Shown: piece by piece, positions 10,309-23,377 of the stretch
How positions within the stretch are numbered: the stretch's first letter is position 1
Layout of the letters: each line of letters begins with the position of its first letter
Sequence record: MH359124
Length of the DNA: 64,000 bases
Reading direction: 5' to 3' (one strand)
Source of the DNA: Escherichia phage SF
The notes under the pieces: generated by a model
The model's database searches: none
What the model saw: the letters and a program-made list of their open reading frames with translations, nothing else
What the model was told of the DNA's origin: nothing
Position numbers and translations under genes: made by a program

Positions 10309-11316
10309 ATGTTTAAGAAATACAGCAGTCTTGAAAACCACTACAACTCTAAGTTTATTGAAAAACTCTACACTAATGGTTTGACTACTGGTGTTTGGGT
10401 AGCACGTGAGAAAATCCATGGGACCAACTTCTCGTTAATAATTGAACGTGACAACGTCACATGCGCTAAGCGCACAGGCCCTATTCTTCCAGCAGAAGAT
10501 TTTTACGGCTATGAAATCGTACTCAAGAAGTATGATAAAGCTATTAAAGGCGTTCAAGAAGTCATGGAAAGTATTTCAACTTCAGTGCCGGTGTCATATC
10601 AAGTCTTTGGTGAATTCGCTGGTGGTGGAATTCAGAAAGGTGTTGACTACGGTGAAAAAGATTTCTATGTATTCGATATCATCATAAACACGGAAAGTGA
10701 TGATACTTATTATATGAGTGATTACGAAATGCAAGATTTCTGTAATACGTTTGGTTTTAAAATGGCACCAATGCTTGGTCGTGGAACATTTGATTCTCTT
10801 ATCATGATTCCAAACGACCTTGATTCTGTCTTAGCCGCTTATAATGCTACTGCGTCAGAAGACCTTGTAGAAGCAAATAATTGTGTATTTGATGCTAATG
10901 TTATTGGTGATAATACGGCAGAAGGTTATGTTCTGAAGCCTTGTTTCCCTAAATGGCTGCCAAACGGTACTCGTGTAGCTATTAAGTGCAAGAACTCTAA
11001 ATTCAGTGAAAAGAAAAAGTCCGATAAGCCTATTAAAACTCAGGTTCCATTAACCGAAATTGACAAAAACCTGCTTGATGTTCTAGCTTGTTATGTTACA
11101 TTAAATCGTGTTAATAATGTGATTTCTAAGATTGGAACTGTAACGCCAAAAGATTTTGGCAAAGTGATGGGATTGACTGTTCAAGATATTCTGGAAGAAA
11201 CTTCTCGTGAAGGTATTGTATTAACATCATCTGATAATCCGAATCTTGTTAAGAAAGAATTAGTCCGAATGGTGCAAGATGTTCTGCGTCCTGCATGGAT
11301 TGAATTAGTATCATAA
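10309..11316 (+). CDS. rnlB: RNA ligase 2 (Rnl2)
   Basis: 335-aa ORF; N-terminus [21 protein letters not shown] with nucleotidyltransferase motif I (EKIHGTNF); matches T4 Rnl2 (334 aa). Confidence 0.92.
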   Translation: MFKKYSSLENHYNSKFIEKLYTNGLTTGVWVAREKIHGTNFSLIIERDNVTCAKRTGPILPAEDFYGYEIVLKKYDKAIKGVQEVMESISTSVPVSYQVFGEFAGGGIQKGVDYGEKDFYVFDIIINTESDDTYYMSDYEMQDFCNTFGFKMAPMLGRGTFDSLIMIPNDLDSVLAAYNATASEDLVEANNCVFDANVIGDNTAEGYVLKPCFPKWLPNGTRVAIKCKNSKFSEKKKSDKPIKTQVPLTEIDKNLLDVLACYVTLNRVNNVISKIGTVTPKDFGKVMGLTVQDILEETSREGIVLTSSDNPNLVKKELVRMVQDVLRPAWIELVS

Positions 11317-11319
11317 CGA

Positions 11320-11348
11320 AAAAAGGGACCGTAAGGTCCCTTTGTTTT
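11320..11348. terminator. bidirectional terminator between convergent rnlB and gp24
   Basis: aaaaaGGGACC-gtaa-GGTCCCtttgtttt: GC stem flanked by A-run and T-run. Confidence 0.65.
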
Positions 11349-12630
11349 ATTCATCAACGATGATTTTTGGCAATTTAACACCGAGTAAAACAGACAAGTC
11401 TGAACGTCCTGCCATTTTATCCATGTCCCCGCCATCAATTATTCTCGCTTCTTTTTCATCTTTTGCTACTGTGTAAGGATTTGCTGATAAAGCATATCTA
11501 ACCAATAATCCGATAGATGGTTGCAAGCTTTCTGGATCAACTACAACTTTAAATGCACCAACATGTTCTGGGTCATCTAAATCTACTCCTTCAGTGTATG
11601 GAGCATAAAAGATGGACCCTACAATTTCTTTTTCGCCGATATTTTCTACAACACCCACAATAACATAATCTAACGGACTGTTGGTGTCGCAGTAAAGAGG
11701 TAATCCATTTGCCAAGAATCCATAAGCATTTTGTGAAAGATACTTGTCATCTTCTGGCTTATGTTTTAACCAACCAGAAGCAGCAAGAATAGCAGCTGCA
11801 CGAGCTGAGGCTACACAAAACGTTGCAGTATAAGTTGTCTCTTTTTGAATGTGTGATACCATTTCACATACCATTCGATATAATGAACGACCTGCTTCTG
11901 GAGCGGATGCATAGCTCAAGTCAATAAATCCGGTGTCAGTAATTCCAGTAACTTTATAGCGTTTCGATACAGTAATTAAAGACTGAAGAATATCTTTATT
12001 AATTTCATCAGCCATTTCAGTGGCAAGCAAATCTTCTAAGAAGTTAGGGGCATCAAATCCATTCGCTTCCAAATCTTGCGCTAATTCAACCGTGAGACCA
12101 GTTTTAAGTTTACGAGATTTGACTGAAGTTTGCCATTTATTAATCTGGAATCTTGCATCAGAAATTTCGCTACCAGAGCTTTCAAATTTGCTTGTTACCG
12201 CTGCATCTGAAAATAACCGTACCTTTAAATGAACGACTGCAATCTGAAGAGCTAATTCTAGATCACTTTCTTGAATATCCGCAAATGGTGTATCTTCTAA
12301 CACTTTATAGACAATATTATTATATTTGAAAAAATCGCCTTTATTTAGTGTGACTTTTGATTCTTCTGTGAGCTCAGTAATTTTTTCTCGGTCTACATAT
12401 CCAACTTCGCCAGCATAAGTAGCACCAGTTTTAAATGTGAATTCGTTATCTGGGTTAAGATATTTGATACCATAAAAAGCAGCAACAGGTTGATTAGTTC
12501 TTTGTGTTGCTACAATGTCAGAATATATTAATTTAGTCGTAGCGCGAGTCAAAGCAACGAGATTTGGGCGACCAATTGAGTTGCTAGTAGACGTTGTAGA
12601 TTCACGCAATAATTTTTGGATTTTACTCAT
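11347..12630 (-). CDS. 24: gp24 capsid vertex protein
   Basis: 427-aa ORF (T4 gp24 is 427 aa), gp23-like fold region, RBS and late promoter upstream. Confidence 0.92.
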   Translation of the reverse strand: MSKIQKLLRESTTSTSNSIGRPNLVALTRATTKLIYSDIVATQRTNQPVAAFYGIKYLNPDNEFTFKTGATYAGEVGYVDREKITELTEESKVTLNKGDFFKYNNIVYKVLEDTPFADIQESDLELALQIAVVHLKVRLFSDAAVTSKFESSGSEISDARFQINKWQTSVKSRKLKTGLTVELAQDLEANGFDAPNFLEDLLATEMADEINKDILQSLITVSKRYKVTGITDTGFIDLSYASAPEAGRSLYRMVCEMVSHIQKETTYTATFCVASARAAAILAASGWLKHKPEDDKYLSQNAYGFLANGLPLYCDTNSPLDYVIVGVVENIGEKEIVGSIFYAPYTEGVDLDDPEHVGAFKVVVDPESLQPSIGLLVRYALSANPYTVAKDEKEARIIDGGDMDKMAGRSDLSVLLGVKLPKIIVDE

Positions 12631-12657
12631 TGCATTTTTTCCTTATGTGATATAGAT

Positions 12658-12665
12658 TATTTATA
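12658..12665 (-). promoter_or_regulatory. late promoter TATAAATA for gp24
   Basis: TATTTATA on plus, 28 nt upstream of the gp24 start. Confidence 0.65.
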
Positions 12666-12671
12666 AAGATT

Positions 12672-12702
12672 GTTTACAACGTATTTGGTATGTGATACTA
12701 TA
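12672..12702 (+). promoter_or_regulatory. T4-type early promoter (GTTTAC -35, TACTAT -10) for ORF 12732
   Basis: tGTTTACaacgtatttggtatgtgaTACTATag; downstream leader almost identical to 49557..49595. Confidence 0.6.
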
Positions 12703-12731
12703 GACTTATCAACTACAGAGGAGTAAACAAA

Positions 12732-13001
12732 ATGACTAAAGCACGTTTCTTACGAGATACTTTAAAAGTTCTGGAAGCTGAAGCAGTTAAGTTAGTAGAA
12801 AAATATGGTGCAAAAGTTAATGGTAATGCCTTCAACAAAGTATGGATGAAAGTTGATTCTGAAGCTCGAGCTAAAGGTTATTGGGCCACTGATAAACTTG
12901 CGTCATTCAAAAACAAAGACGGTTCTCCGGCATATGTCCAAGAAGGTATGCCTAATTGGCAAAATATTTTGAAAACTTACATCGAAATTGCACAGAAATA
13001 A
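12732..13001 (+). CDS. hypothetical Lys-rich 89-aa protein driven by an early promoter, antisense to the gp24/gp23 block
   Basis: RBS GAGGAG 8 nt upstream of ATG; early-promoter-like GTTTAC...TACTAT upstream; hairpin terminator downstream; no recognisable domain. Confidence 0.6.
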   Translation: MTKARFLRDTLKVLEAEAVKLVEKYGAKVNGNAFNKVWMKVDSEARAKGYWATDKLASFKNKDGSPAYVQEGMPNWQNILKTYIEIAQK

Positions 13002-13011
13002 AACCAAAAAT

Positions 13012-13029
13012 GGGAGACCGAAGTCTCCC
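13012..13029. terminator. terminator hairpin GGGAGAC-cgaa-GTCTCCC between ORF 12732 and gp23 3' end
   Basis: Perfect 7-bp stem; identical 18-mer recurs at 32353..32370. Confidence 0.55.
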
Positions 13030-13053
13030 AAAATAAGATTTAATCAATTAAGA

Positions 13054-14622
13054 TTAGATGCCTTTTACATATACACGGCGGAAGTAAGCGTTCTTACCAA
13101 GGCTGTTCAGGATAGACGGCATACCGGACTGGATGCGAGCACCTGGAGCCTGCAGGGAACTTTCAGCAAACGGGTTAACACCGATACCGTAACGAGTTTT
13201 AAAGCCCATTACCGGCTGGAAGTTCTTAGGATCGGAACCACGCAGTGGGGTAAGTGCAACGTAAGGAGCATAGTAAATACCTGCATCCATTTCGTTAGCA
13301 CCTTTGTAACCAACGGTGAAGTAATCCTGTTTAGCATACTGGTCGATGTATACGCGGTATTTACCACCAAGTACACCGGCAAATACAGACTTAGTAGTGT
13401 CGGTATTAAAACCAGAAGCCAGACCCTGTGCAGCATAAGAAATACCAGTATCAACTGAAGCCAGTACGTTAACTACGTTACGGGAAGCGATAATGAAGTT
13501 ACCTTCACCACGACCGGTTTGACGAGCAATTTCAACTGCTTCTTTATCAATCTGGAACAACAGAGCTTTAAAGCTTTCACCGGCCCAACGAGCACCACGG
13601 ATATCAATCGGGTCCTGGAAGTCAAATACGCCAGCTTTAGAACCAACGATATTAGTCATACCAGATTTACCAACCTGAGCGGAATAGTTAATCCAGTCAA
13701 CAACTTCACGGTTGATTTCCAGCATAATTTCAGTAGCAAGAATACCACTCAGTTCAGCATCAGCATCCATACCGTGTACTGCACGGAGGTCTTGTGCCAA
13801 TTCGATAGAGTAAGCTGCTTTCAGCTGACGAGATTTAGCTTCAATAACTTGTTTGTCGATACGGAAGCCCATTTCGTTCCACGGGTTGTCGGTAGAACCA
13901 TTGAAGCCTTCCTGAAGTTCAGCGATAGAAGTAGCCATACCTTCAGCGATTTCTACCAGTACACCAGCTTCCATTTGTTTCTTAATTTCAGCATCTAATT
14001 TAGCTGCATCGGTAGCACTAGCATCGATTGTTACTACAGCGGAAGCTTGCAGATACACAGTACCAGTTTCCTGGAAGAAGTGAGTATAGATATCACCTAC
14101 AACGGTTTGTGTGCTAGCAGCCAGAGCTGGGAATTTCTTAGCAGCACCCTGACCAGAGAACATCGCGTCTGGAGCATACATCGGATGGAAAGCTTCTTTA
14201 GCGCCAGCAGCGATAGGGTCTTTACCGTATACTGCACGGAGAGCAAATACCTGACCGGTAGGGCTGCTCATAGGCTGAACACCGCAAATATCAAAAGCGA
14301 TCAGATTAGGAATAGCACGACGAACCATACCCATAACGGCTGGCCCAATCTGGGTTACTGCACCAGAGGTTTGACCTGCTGCGATGTTCTGAGCATTATA
14401 ACCGTGGTCACCACCAATTTCAGCTTCGGTCAAGAAAGAACCAAATGCCTGAGCGATTTTCTCGTCTTTATATTCAGGGGATACTTCGAAATCTTTTTCC
14501 TGGTTTTCGAAGATTTTAGCGATAATAGCCTGCTTGCTATTAGCGATTTCTGGCAGGCCTTCACCTTCCAGCAGTTCTTTCCATTTGTCTACGAGCTGAG
14601 CTTTAGTTTTGATAGTAGTCAT
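13054..14622 (-). CDS. 23: gp23 major capsid protein
   Basis: 522-aa ORF beginning MTTIKTKAQLVDKWKELLEGEGLPEIANSKQAIIAKIFENQEKDF, near-identical to T4 gp23 (521 aa). Confidence 0.97.
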   Translation of the reverse strand: MTTIKTKAQLVDKWKELLEGEGLPEIANSKQAIIAKIFENQEKDFEVSPEYKDEKIAQAFGSFLTEAEIGGDHGYNAQNIAAGQTSGAVTQIGPAVMGMVRRAIPNLIAFDICGVQPMSSPTGQVFALRAVYGKDPIAAGAKEAFHPMYAPDAMFSGQGAAKKFPALAASTQTVVGDIYTHFFQETGTVYLQASAVVTIDASATDAAKLDAEIKKQMEAGVLVEIAEGMATSIAELQEGFNGSTDNPWNEMGFRIDKQVIEAKSRQLKAAYSIELAQDLRAVHGMDADAELSGILATEIMLEINREVVDWINYSAQVGKSGMTNIVGSKAGVFDFQDPIDIRGARWAGESFKALLFQIDKEAVEIARQTGRGEGNFIIASRNVVNVLASVDTGISYAAQGLASGFNTDTTKSVFAGVLGGKYRVYIDQYAKQDYFTVGYKGANEMDAGIYYAPYVALTPLRGSDPKNFQPVMGFKTRYGIGVNPFAESSLQAPGARIQSGMPSILNSLGKNAYFRRVYVKGI

Positions 14623-14639
14623 TTGTGTTAACCTTTAAA

Positions 14640-15452
14640 TTAGAAACGAGATGCGACTTTCGCATATAAACTTACATTAGAATTCTGTTCTACCTGAGTT
14701 GTGGTAGTGTCAACTGCTTCGGCAACAAAATTAAGACCGGCAGCGTCATTGTCAACTGTATTTATACTTTCGGTAATAGCGGCTTCTTCTTTAGTAGAAC
14801 CTTTAACCATTTCTACAATAGCAGTTAACTTAGTACCAAATGCGTCAGAATAATCCATACCTTCAACCAGGCCAATAACTTTTTCTTTCTGAGATTCAGT
14901 CAGGTCTTTCACGCTTTCATTAATAGCGGTTTCACGCTGAACGTAATTGATATATGCATCACGTTTGGTAACTTCTTCGAACAAACGAGCGGTTTCTTCT
15001 TTATGTTCGGCCAGCTCTTCTTCCATTTCTGCTACAACATCTACAGATTCTTCTGGAACAACAACGTTATGTTCAACAAACAGTTCTTTCAGACCACCAA
15101 GCATGGATTCGAACAAATCAGCTTTAATGCCTTTATCAACTGCGATTTGGTTTTCTGCGAGCCATTCTTTTGCAAGATGGTCTAGGAATTTAGAAGCTTG
15201 TTCAGCCAATTTTTTATCAGCTTTCTCTTCAGCATCTTCTTTAGCCTTTTCAACTTCTTCTTCGGCTTTTTCGGCGATGGCTTTGATATGAGATTCAGCC
15301 AGTTTGACTGCTTCCTGCTTAACGGTGGCTTCGAATACAGTGCTGAAATTAGCTTTAACGTCCGGAGACAGTTCTACTGATTCGAAAACACTATTAAGAG
15401 CAACTGAAGTCTCGATATTCTGAGCTTCTTTCAAAAGTTGTTCTTTGATCAT
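14640..15452 (-). CDS. 22: gp22 prohead core scaffold protein
   Basis: 270-aa highly acidic coiled-coil ORF between gp21 and gp23. Confidence 0.9.
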   Translation of the reverse strand: MIKEQLLKEAQNIETSVALNSVFESVELSPDVKANFSTVFEATVKQEAVKLAESHIKAIAEKAEEEVEKAKEDAEEKADKKLAEQASKFLDHLAKEWLAENQIAVDKGIKADLFESMLGGLKELFVEHNVVVPEESVDVVAEMEEELAEHKEETARLFEEVTKRDAYINYVQRETAINESVKDLTESQKEKVIGLVEGMDYSDAFGTKLTAIVEMVKGSTKEEAAITESINTVDNDAAGLNFVAEAVDTTTTQVEQNSNVSLYAKVASRF

Positions 15453-15485
15453 TTTAGTGTCCTGTGGTTTAGATTACATTATTAT

Positions 15486-16127
15486 TTATAATGCTTTTAA
15501 ACTCTCTGCGAGAGCTTTAAATGCTTCATCAGCACTGTTTTTGGTGATTTCCACCGAATTTTCTGATTCTGATATTTGTTTAGGAGTAACCCAAGCATCT
15601 GGAGCAGAAGGTCCCCATACGGCATCTACGCCGACGGTTAATTTAAATCCTTCGTTCACGATACGGTACCCTTTATTGGTGTCGGTTAAAGAACCAAGAC
15701 CACGAGAGGAAACACCTGGAATCCAACCAGCTCGTATATTAGCAGCTAATTTATCGCCGGGACCATGGTCGCCTTCAATAATTCTAGCACGTCCATATAC
15801 ATCGTTTCCTTTCCACCACATATCTTCAATAATGATAGCGGCTTGCATAGGGTCAACATTTGCACGAGGTGGATGGTTTAATTCTCCAAGGGCTTGTTTG
15901 GTTACGACTTGTTCTTTAATATAGTCGCTTACCGCTTTTTCCAAAACGCGTTTAGGATATAAACGTTTATTTCGGTTAACAACCTCTGCTTGAAGAAAAA
16001 TACCTTCTATATAAAGCCCTGGTTTTAAGCCAGAATCTTTTCCATCATGAGATTCCAACATTGGAACGCCATCAATAATCTCACCTGGTTGACCCCAAGT
16101 TTCAATAAGTAACTCGGGTTTATTCAT
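15486..16127 (-). CDS. 21: gp21 prohead core protease
   Basis: 213-aa ORF, size and position match T4 gp21. Confidence 0.9.
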   Translation of the reverse strand: MNKPELLIETWGQPGEIIDGVPMLESHDGKDSGLKPGLYIEGIFLQAEVVNRNKRLYPKRVLEKAVSDYIKEQVVTKQALGELNHPPRANVDPMQAAIIIEDMWWKGNDVYGRARIIEGDHGPGDKLAANIRAGWIPGVSSRGLGSLTDTNKGYRIVNEGFKLTVGVDAVWGPSAPDAWVTPKQISESENSVEITKNSADEAFKALAESLKAL

Positions 16128-16552
16128 TAGCTTAATCCTAATGCTTTACGACGTTTAAGAGCTTTTTTACGCTTACGCAAGCCTTTAACTTGGCCTGAAG
16201 GGTTAGCTTTTTTAGCTTTAACGACCTTACGAGCGATTTGTCTACGTTTTGCTTTAGAAAGACCGGTTGTTTGGAACGCGTTACGTTCACGAGTTTTACG
16301 GTCTTTAGTGCGGGTGACTTCACCGCGAGAAGAAACATGTTTAACGATAAACTCATTTAACTGTTCTTCATTAATAATGGAAGCCATTGCAACAGCTAAA
16401 TCCGTTTCAGTTTCAAGCATGTTCTCGATAATAGTATTTATATCGTCAATATCGAGAGCAGAAGACAATGCATCGATTCGGCCCTGTGCTTCAGGAATAA
16501 GTGCTTCGACATTTTCGAGTACCAATTCATAAGATTCAGGGATAAGATACAT
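16127..16552 (-). CDS. 68: gp68 prohead core protein
   Basis: 141-aa ORF with basic C-terminus, coupled to gp21 and gp67. Confidence 0.8.
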   Translation of the reverse strand: MYLIPESYELVLENVEALIPEAQGRIDALSSALDIDDINTIIENMLETETDLAVAMASIINEEQLNEFIVKHVSSRGEVTRTKDRKTRERNAFQTTGLSKAKRRQIARKVVKAKKANPSGQVKGLRKRKKALKRRKALGLS

Positions 16553-16782
16553 TATTCATCGTCCTCATCATCTTCGTCTTCGTCGTCATCGCCTTCATCG
16601 GCGTCGTCTTCCGAAGCTTTCTTTTCTTCTTCAGGTTCTTCGCCTTCAATCAAAAATTGAGAAGCGATTTCTGCTTTGCGTGCTTCAATCAAACGAACCG
16701 TTTTTTCTGCCATTGCACTTTCAAAAAACTTTCGAGTAGCAACGAGGTCGTTTGATTTAATAGCTTGAATTAAATCGTCCAT
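16552..16782 (-). CDS. 67: gp67 prohead core protein
   Basis: 76-aa ORF with poly-acidic C-terminus, coupled to gp20. Confidence 0.8.
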   Translation of the reverse strand: MDDLIQAIKSNDLVATRKFFESAMAEKTVRLIEARKAEIASQFLIEGEEPEEEKKASEDDADEGDDDEDEDDEDDE

Positions 16783-18353
16783 TAAAAATCCTCTTGTTCT
16801 TGGTCGGGGTCTTGGAAACGAGCCTCTTTCGACTCTTCTTCAATTTGCTTAGCCTCTTGTTCAATTTCCTCGTCAGACATCTGAAGAATATCTTTCATAG
16901 CTGTTCTGTGAGAAATATATTTACCAATAAATGGTTCGGCCATCTGAAGCATATTAATGCGACGCTCCAGAATCTCAGCATCCTTTAATTCCGAGAAATA
17001 ACTATCCCGATGAAATTTTATCTTAATATTATTTATTTCATCATTCCACTCATCTTCTGTAATAATTCCTTTAAGAATTAAATTAGTTTTAAGCGGGTCT
17101 AGGAATATCTCTTCAAATTTATGTTGCAGCTCACGAATAAATTTACCAAATGACAATTCATCTCGTGTAATAGAAGTACCAGCATCAAACTGTATACCAC
17201 CTTGGTCACTTGGAATACGGGTAATAGGAATACGTAAAGCCATATAAAGCGCATTACGGAACCAACGTACATCTTCCATATTTCCAGTATTATCTGCACC
17301 TGGTAATGTGTCAACTTCTGTTACTGCTTTACCATCACGTCGTTGTAACCAATAATCTTCGGTCATCGACATAATATGCTGCTGGTTTTTAATCTTGCCT
17401 GTAGTAGCATCATATGCAATACGGTTTTTCATCGTATTCATAACATGTTGCATATGTTCTGCTGCTTTTCTTGAAGGCATATTACCTGTATCAACGTACC
17501 ATACACGACGATCGGGAGCACGAGTAATACGATAAATTACAACAGCATCTTCAAGAAGTTTTAATTGGTTCGCTGGCTTAATAGCCCGATGCAAATAACC
17601 GATTATATTTTTACCACAACAATCAACTAAACCAGAATGGGCATAAACAATCGCGGCTTTAGGGATTTTTATTTTTGTGCCAGCTTCATATATACGACCG
17701 TCACAAGCATAAGATTCGTGTGATGTGTCATAAATGAAATATTCTTTATAACCCTTGACTATTTTAACACCGGCTTCAGTGGTTGTAATAACTTCACGGA
17801 CATATTGAACTTGACGTGGGTCTAAACGACGAAGCTCTTTAATACCTTCTTTAGGGCGTTTAGGGTCAATAATTTTATGGAAGAAAATTCGAGAATCCAC
17901 ATACCAACGTCTAAAATGATCTGAACCTTTACGTTGGAAAGATAAATGATTTAACACTTCATTAAATTCATCCAACATCATTGATTTGATATTTGGACTA
18001 AATTTTGTGTTGTCTAAATTTATAGAAACGACTTCTGTATCATCTTCATACACGATAGCATCAGAAACTATTTCAGAGACCGCGTTATCCACTTCATAGT
18101 TCGTCATCAAATTTCGATACGTATCGATTAATTCACGGGTTGATTTGAGCCCTGGTTCTTGACTACCGAACATTCTCTGAAACATAGCATTATATGTTTG
18201 CTGTGCTTCATTTTCAGATACTTCGTATTCTTTAGCGCCGTCGTCTAATTTTGGTGAGGTGATCGATTCTAAATTTTCTTTTTCTTGGTCTTTGTAATCA
18301 CGTTCGTCCATTTTTGCCCATGGAGCAAACAAACTTAAGATATTAAATTTCAT
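16782..18353 (-). CDS. 20: gp20 portal vertex protein
   Basis: 523-aa ORF (T4 gp20 is 524 aa); late promoter upstream. Confidence 0.95.
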   Translation of the reverse strand: MKFNILSLFAPWAKMDERDYKDQEKENLESITSPKLDDGAKEYEVSENEAQQTYNAMFQRMFGSQEPGLKSTRELIDTYRNLMTNYEVDNAVSEIVSDAIVYEDDTEVVSINLDNTKFSPNIKSMMLDEFNEVLNHLSFQRKGSDHFRRWYVDSRIFFHKIIDPKRPKEGIKELRRLDPRQVQYVREVITTTEAGVKIVKGYKEYFIYDTSHESYACDGRIYEAGTKIKIPKAAIVYAHSGLVDCCGKNIIGYLHRAIKPANQLKLLEDAVVIYRITRAPDRRVWYVDTGNMPSRKAAEHMQHVMNTMKNRIAYDATTGKIKNQQHIMSMTEDYWLQRRDGKAVTEVDTLPGADNTGNMEDVRWFRNALYMALRIPITRIPSDQGGIQFDAGTSITRDELSFGKFIRELQHKFEEIFLDPLKTNLILKGIITEDEWNDEINNIKIKFHRDSYFSELKDAEILERRINMLQMAEPFIGKYISHRTAMKDILQMSDEEIEQEAKQIEEESKEARFQDPDQEQEDF

Positions 18354-18381
18354 TGTATTCTCCGAATGGGAATTATAGTTA

Positions 18382-18389
18382 TATTTATA
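18382..18389 (-). promoter_or_regulatory. late promoter TATAAATA for gp20
   Basis: TATTTATA within the repeated motif TAGTTATATTTATA, 29 nt upstream of gp20. Confidence 0.7.
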
Positions 18390-18437
18390 TGGACTTCTCC
18401 GTCATCACGGGAAGCTGGGGATTTCTCCCCAACCAGA

Positions 18438-18929
18438 TTATTCCCACCAATCAAGAGCAAGAGTTACTTCGAACGTTTCAATCTCGTTATTGCTGTCCCA
18501 GTCAAGAGATACTTCACCAACGTTAGTAGGCCACAAGCCAACAATTTCAACTTCTTTAGTGACCGTTTTAGCATCACGAGCAAATTGGCGAACGATAGCA
18601 GTCTTTTTATATTCAGCAGGTTTACCACCGGTAATTTCATTACCTTGTCCTGCTGCAATACCTTGCCAATCAACAAATTTCTGACGAATGCTATGAGCAT
18701 CATCGTTCATTACTGTAATAGTCCAATCATCGAATGTACGATCACCGGCCACATTAATTTTACGGTTCATATAAGAAACAGGAACCTTTTCAACGATCGC
18801 AGCAGGAAGAGCCGTAGCACGACACTGGAAGCTAAAGTTTTGCCCAAGATAAGAGATTTCTACTTCGAACAGGTTAGGGCGAGCGAAATCACCTGATTCG
18901 AAGGCACGAGTTACGTCATCTACAAACAT
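18438..18929 (-). CDS. 19: gp19 tail tube protein
   Basis: 163-aa ORF (T4 gp19 is 163 aa) beginning MFVDDVTRAFESGDFARPNLF. Confidence 0.92.
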   Translation of the reverse strand: MFVDDVTRAFESGDFARPNLFEVEISYLGQNFSFQCRATALPAAIVEKVPVSYMNRKINVAGDRTFDDWTITVMNDDAHSIRQKFVDWQGIAAGQGNEITGGKPAEYKKTAIVRQFARDAKTVTKEVEIVGLWPTNVGEVSLDWDSNNEIETFEVTLALDWWE

Positions 18930-19001
18930 ATTAGCCTCTGTAGTAATATGAGCTTAGGATTAACCAGATGCCCATAGAATTAATTTTAAACGATATAGTT
19001 A

Positions 19002-19009
19002 TATTTATA
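19002..19009 (-). promoter_or_regulatory. late promoter TATAAATA for gp19
   Basis: Same TAGTTATATTTATA motif upstream of gp19. Confidence 0.65.
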
Positions 19010-19041
19010 TGGGCTACCGAAATAGCCCATCAGGCGTCTTA

Positions 19042-21024
19042 TTAGCCACTTACAGTACCAATTAGTTCGTCGAAATCGGCACCAGTTGCTGTTGCTACAA
19101 AGTTCAACGTAATATAATTTATCGAGCGGGCAGGTTGTAAGTAGAAAGTAGCTACAAATTCATTACGGTCGATAACTGCTGGGGTGTTATTGGTAGTATC
19201 ACAAACAACTTTAAAGTTATATACACCACCAAGAGCTTTAATACCCTGTAAATATTGGGAAGTCTCTGTACGGAAAGAAGAACGGGTAAATGCGTTGTTC
19301 AATTCAAACAGGCGATATTTAGATGCTGAACCAATGTTCGTTTTAACCATATTGAACAAACGACGAACGTTAATACGGTCAAATGGTGAAGGAACAGAAG
19401 TGGCAGTTTTATCACCATACAGAACATACCCATCACCACCGGTACCAGTAACAGGGTTAATAGCTTCCTGATACAAACGATCACGCTGTGGTTGGCGAGT
19501 TTCAATTGCAAGCTTAATAACGTTAAGAATTTGTCCACGGTTATAACCGGCAGGAGACATCCAAGGCTGAGAAATATTGTCTGTGCGAGCACAAAGACCA
19601 GCAATATCAGCAGCTAATGGAACCCAACGATTCACATCATTATATTTGTCATATTGATATTTATAGTTACCGTCAATAGCAGCATAAGTAGAACTTATAT
19701 TAAAGTTATTATCAGTGTAAGTTCCTGACGCAGTACGCCAATCAACCAGATTATCAACTGCACGATTAACAGGAATACCGACTATAGTTGCACGTGGCGG
19801 TGAGCAAAGAACCAAACAATCTTGGCGAGAATCGCCAATTGCTACAACATGTTTCTGAACTGTAGAAGCAACTTCTAAAGATTCACCTGCGCAAGATCCG
19901 GCAATAAACAACTGCGCATTAACAGATTCACGGTCAGCAAACAAATCCCAAGCTTCCATTAAATCACCAGCGTCAACCGTTTCATTAGATGATAAGCCAC
20001 CATTCAGTTTGATTACACCAGAGAAACCTTTTGGCCAACCTTGTGCAGTAGCGAAAATATAATTGCTTGCGCCTTTAGCAAAGAAATCATCAATAAAGAT
20101 ATTACTACCATAAATATCGCGTTCACCACGTTTAGTAGAAAGAATTACGCTCTGAACTACAGCATCGTTACGACGAACGATAATTGCATATTGGTCATCA
20201 GTTTGTGGGCCATATCCAAACACTGCTTTAGCAGTAGATGCACGAGTACCACCATCAGGATAAATTTTTAACTGGGCTGAAGCACCTTTGTCATAGTCTG
20301 CTTTAGATACGATTTCAATTTCAAGCTGGTCGCCAAGTTCACCAGGATAAAGAGCAACTACGCCTGGGACACCATATTTTTTAATAGATTCTTGGAAAGT
20401 TAGAGAAGTAATAGCTTCTTCAGAAGTTTCAACTTCAGTTAACAGAATACCCGAATCGGTTACGATAGAACCAATTGTAATAACGCCGGAAAGTCCAGAA
20501 GAAGAACTGGCAACTTCGGCGGTCCAATTAGAACCCAATGCCGGATATTCATTAATTTCTTTTGCACGAGCAATAATTTTACCGGTTGGGATATAAATGT
20601 TAAGAATTTTACCATCGGCATCAACTGAAGTGACATAACCATCTGCTTCAACAGTTTCTGTCAAATACTTAACGATAATTTTATCACCAACTGCATAGTT
20701 ACTACCAGCAGCAGAGATTGTGAATTCAATATTGCCTGCTACAGGAGATGAGTTCTTAGCAGTATCACGATCAACTGCGCGTACAACACGAAGGTCATTA
20801 CCATATTGAAGGAAGTTCATAGCAGACATGAAATAATCTGCTGTATCTGTATTAGGAGTACCAAACATATCAACTAATGCAACTTCATCAGTGATTTGTT
20901 TAATCTGGAATGCTGGTCCCCATTGGAATTTTCCAGCCAGGGCAGCAGTACCAGTGGAGTTATTAACTACAGTACTCTGTACGGTAGTTTCTTTGAGCTC
21001 AACGCCCGGAGAGAGAAGTGCCAT
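19042..21024 (-). CDS. 18: gp18 contractile tail sheath protein
   Basis: 660-aa ORF (T4 gp18 is 659 aa) beginning MALLSPGVE. Confidence 0.95.
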   Translation of the reverse strand: MALLSPGVELKETTVQSTVVNNSTGTAALAGKFQWGPAFQIKQITDEVALVDMFGTPNTDTADYFMSAMNFLQYGNDLRVVRAVDRDTAKNSSPVAGNIEFTISAAGSNYAVGDKIIVKYLTETVEADGYVTSVDADGKILNIYIPTGKIIARAKEINEYPALGSNWTAEVASSSSGLSGVITIGSIVTDSGILLTEVETSEEAITSLTFQESIKKYGVPGVVALYPGELGDQLEIEIVSKADYDKGASAQLKIYPDGGTRASTAKAVFGYGPQTDDQYAIIVRRNDAVVQSVILSTKRGERDIYGSNIFIDDFFAKGASNYIFATAQGWPKGFSGVIKLNGGLSSNETVDAGDLMEAWDLFADRESVNAQLFIAGSCAGESLEVASTVQKHVVAIGDSRQDCLVLCSPPRATIVGIPVNRAVDNLVDWRTASGTYTDNNFNISSTYAAIDGNYKYQYDKYNDVNRWVPLAADIAGLCARTDNISQPWMSPAGYNRGQILNVIKLAIETRQPQRDRLYQEAINPVTGTGGDGYVLYGDKTATSVPSPFDRINVRRLFNMVKTNIGSASKYRLFELNNAFTRSSFRTETSQYLQGIKALGGVYNFKVVCDTTNNTPAVIDRNEFVATFYLQPARSINYITLNFVATATGADFDELIGTVSG

Positions 21025-21051
21025 TTTAATTCCTCTTAATTTGCTTTATTT

Positions 21052-23377
<2,326 letters not shown>

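Noticed and set aside
13519-14631. Plus-strand ORFs 13519..13998 and 14047..14631 (159 and 194 aa)
   Set aside because: They lie entirely antisense within the gp23 major capsid gene, have low-complexity composition and no RBS; judged frame artefacts.
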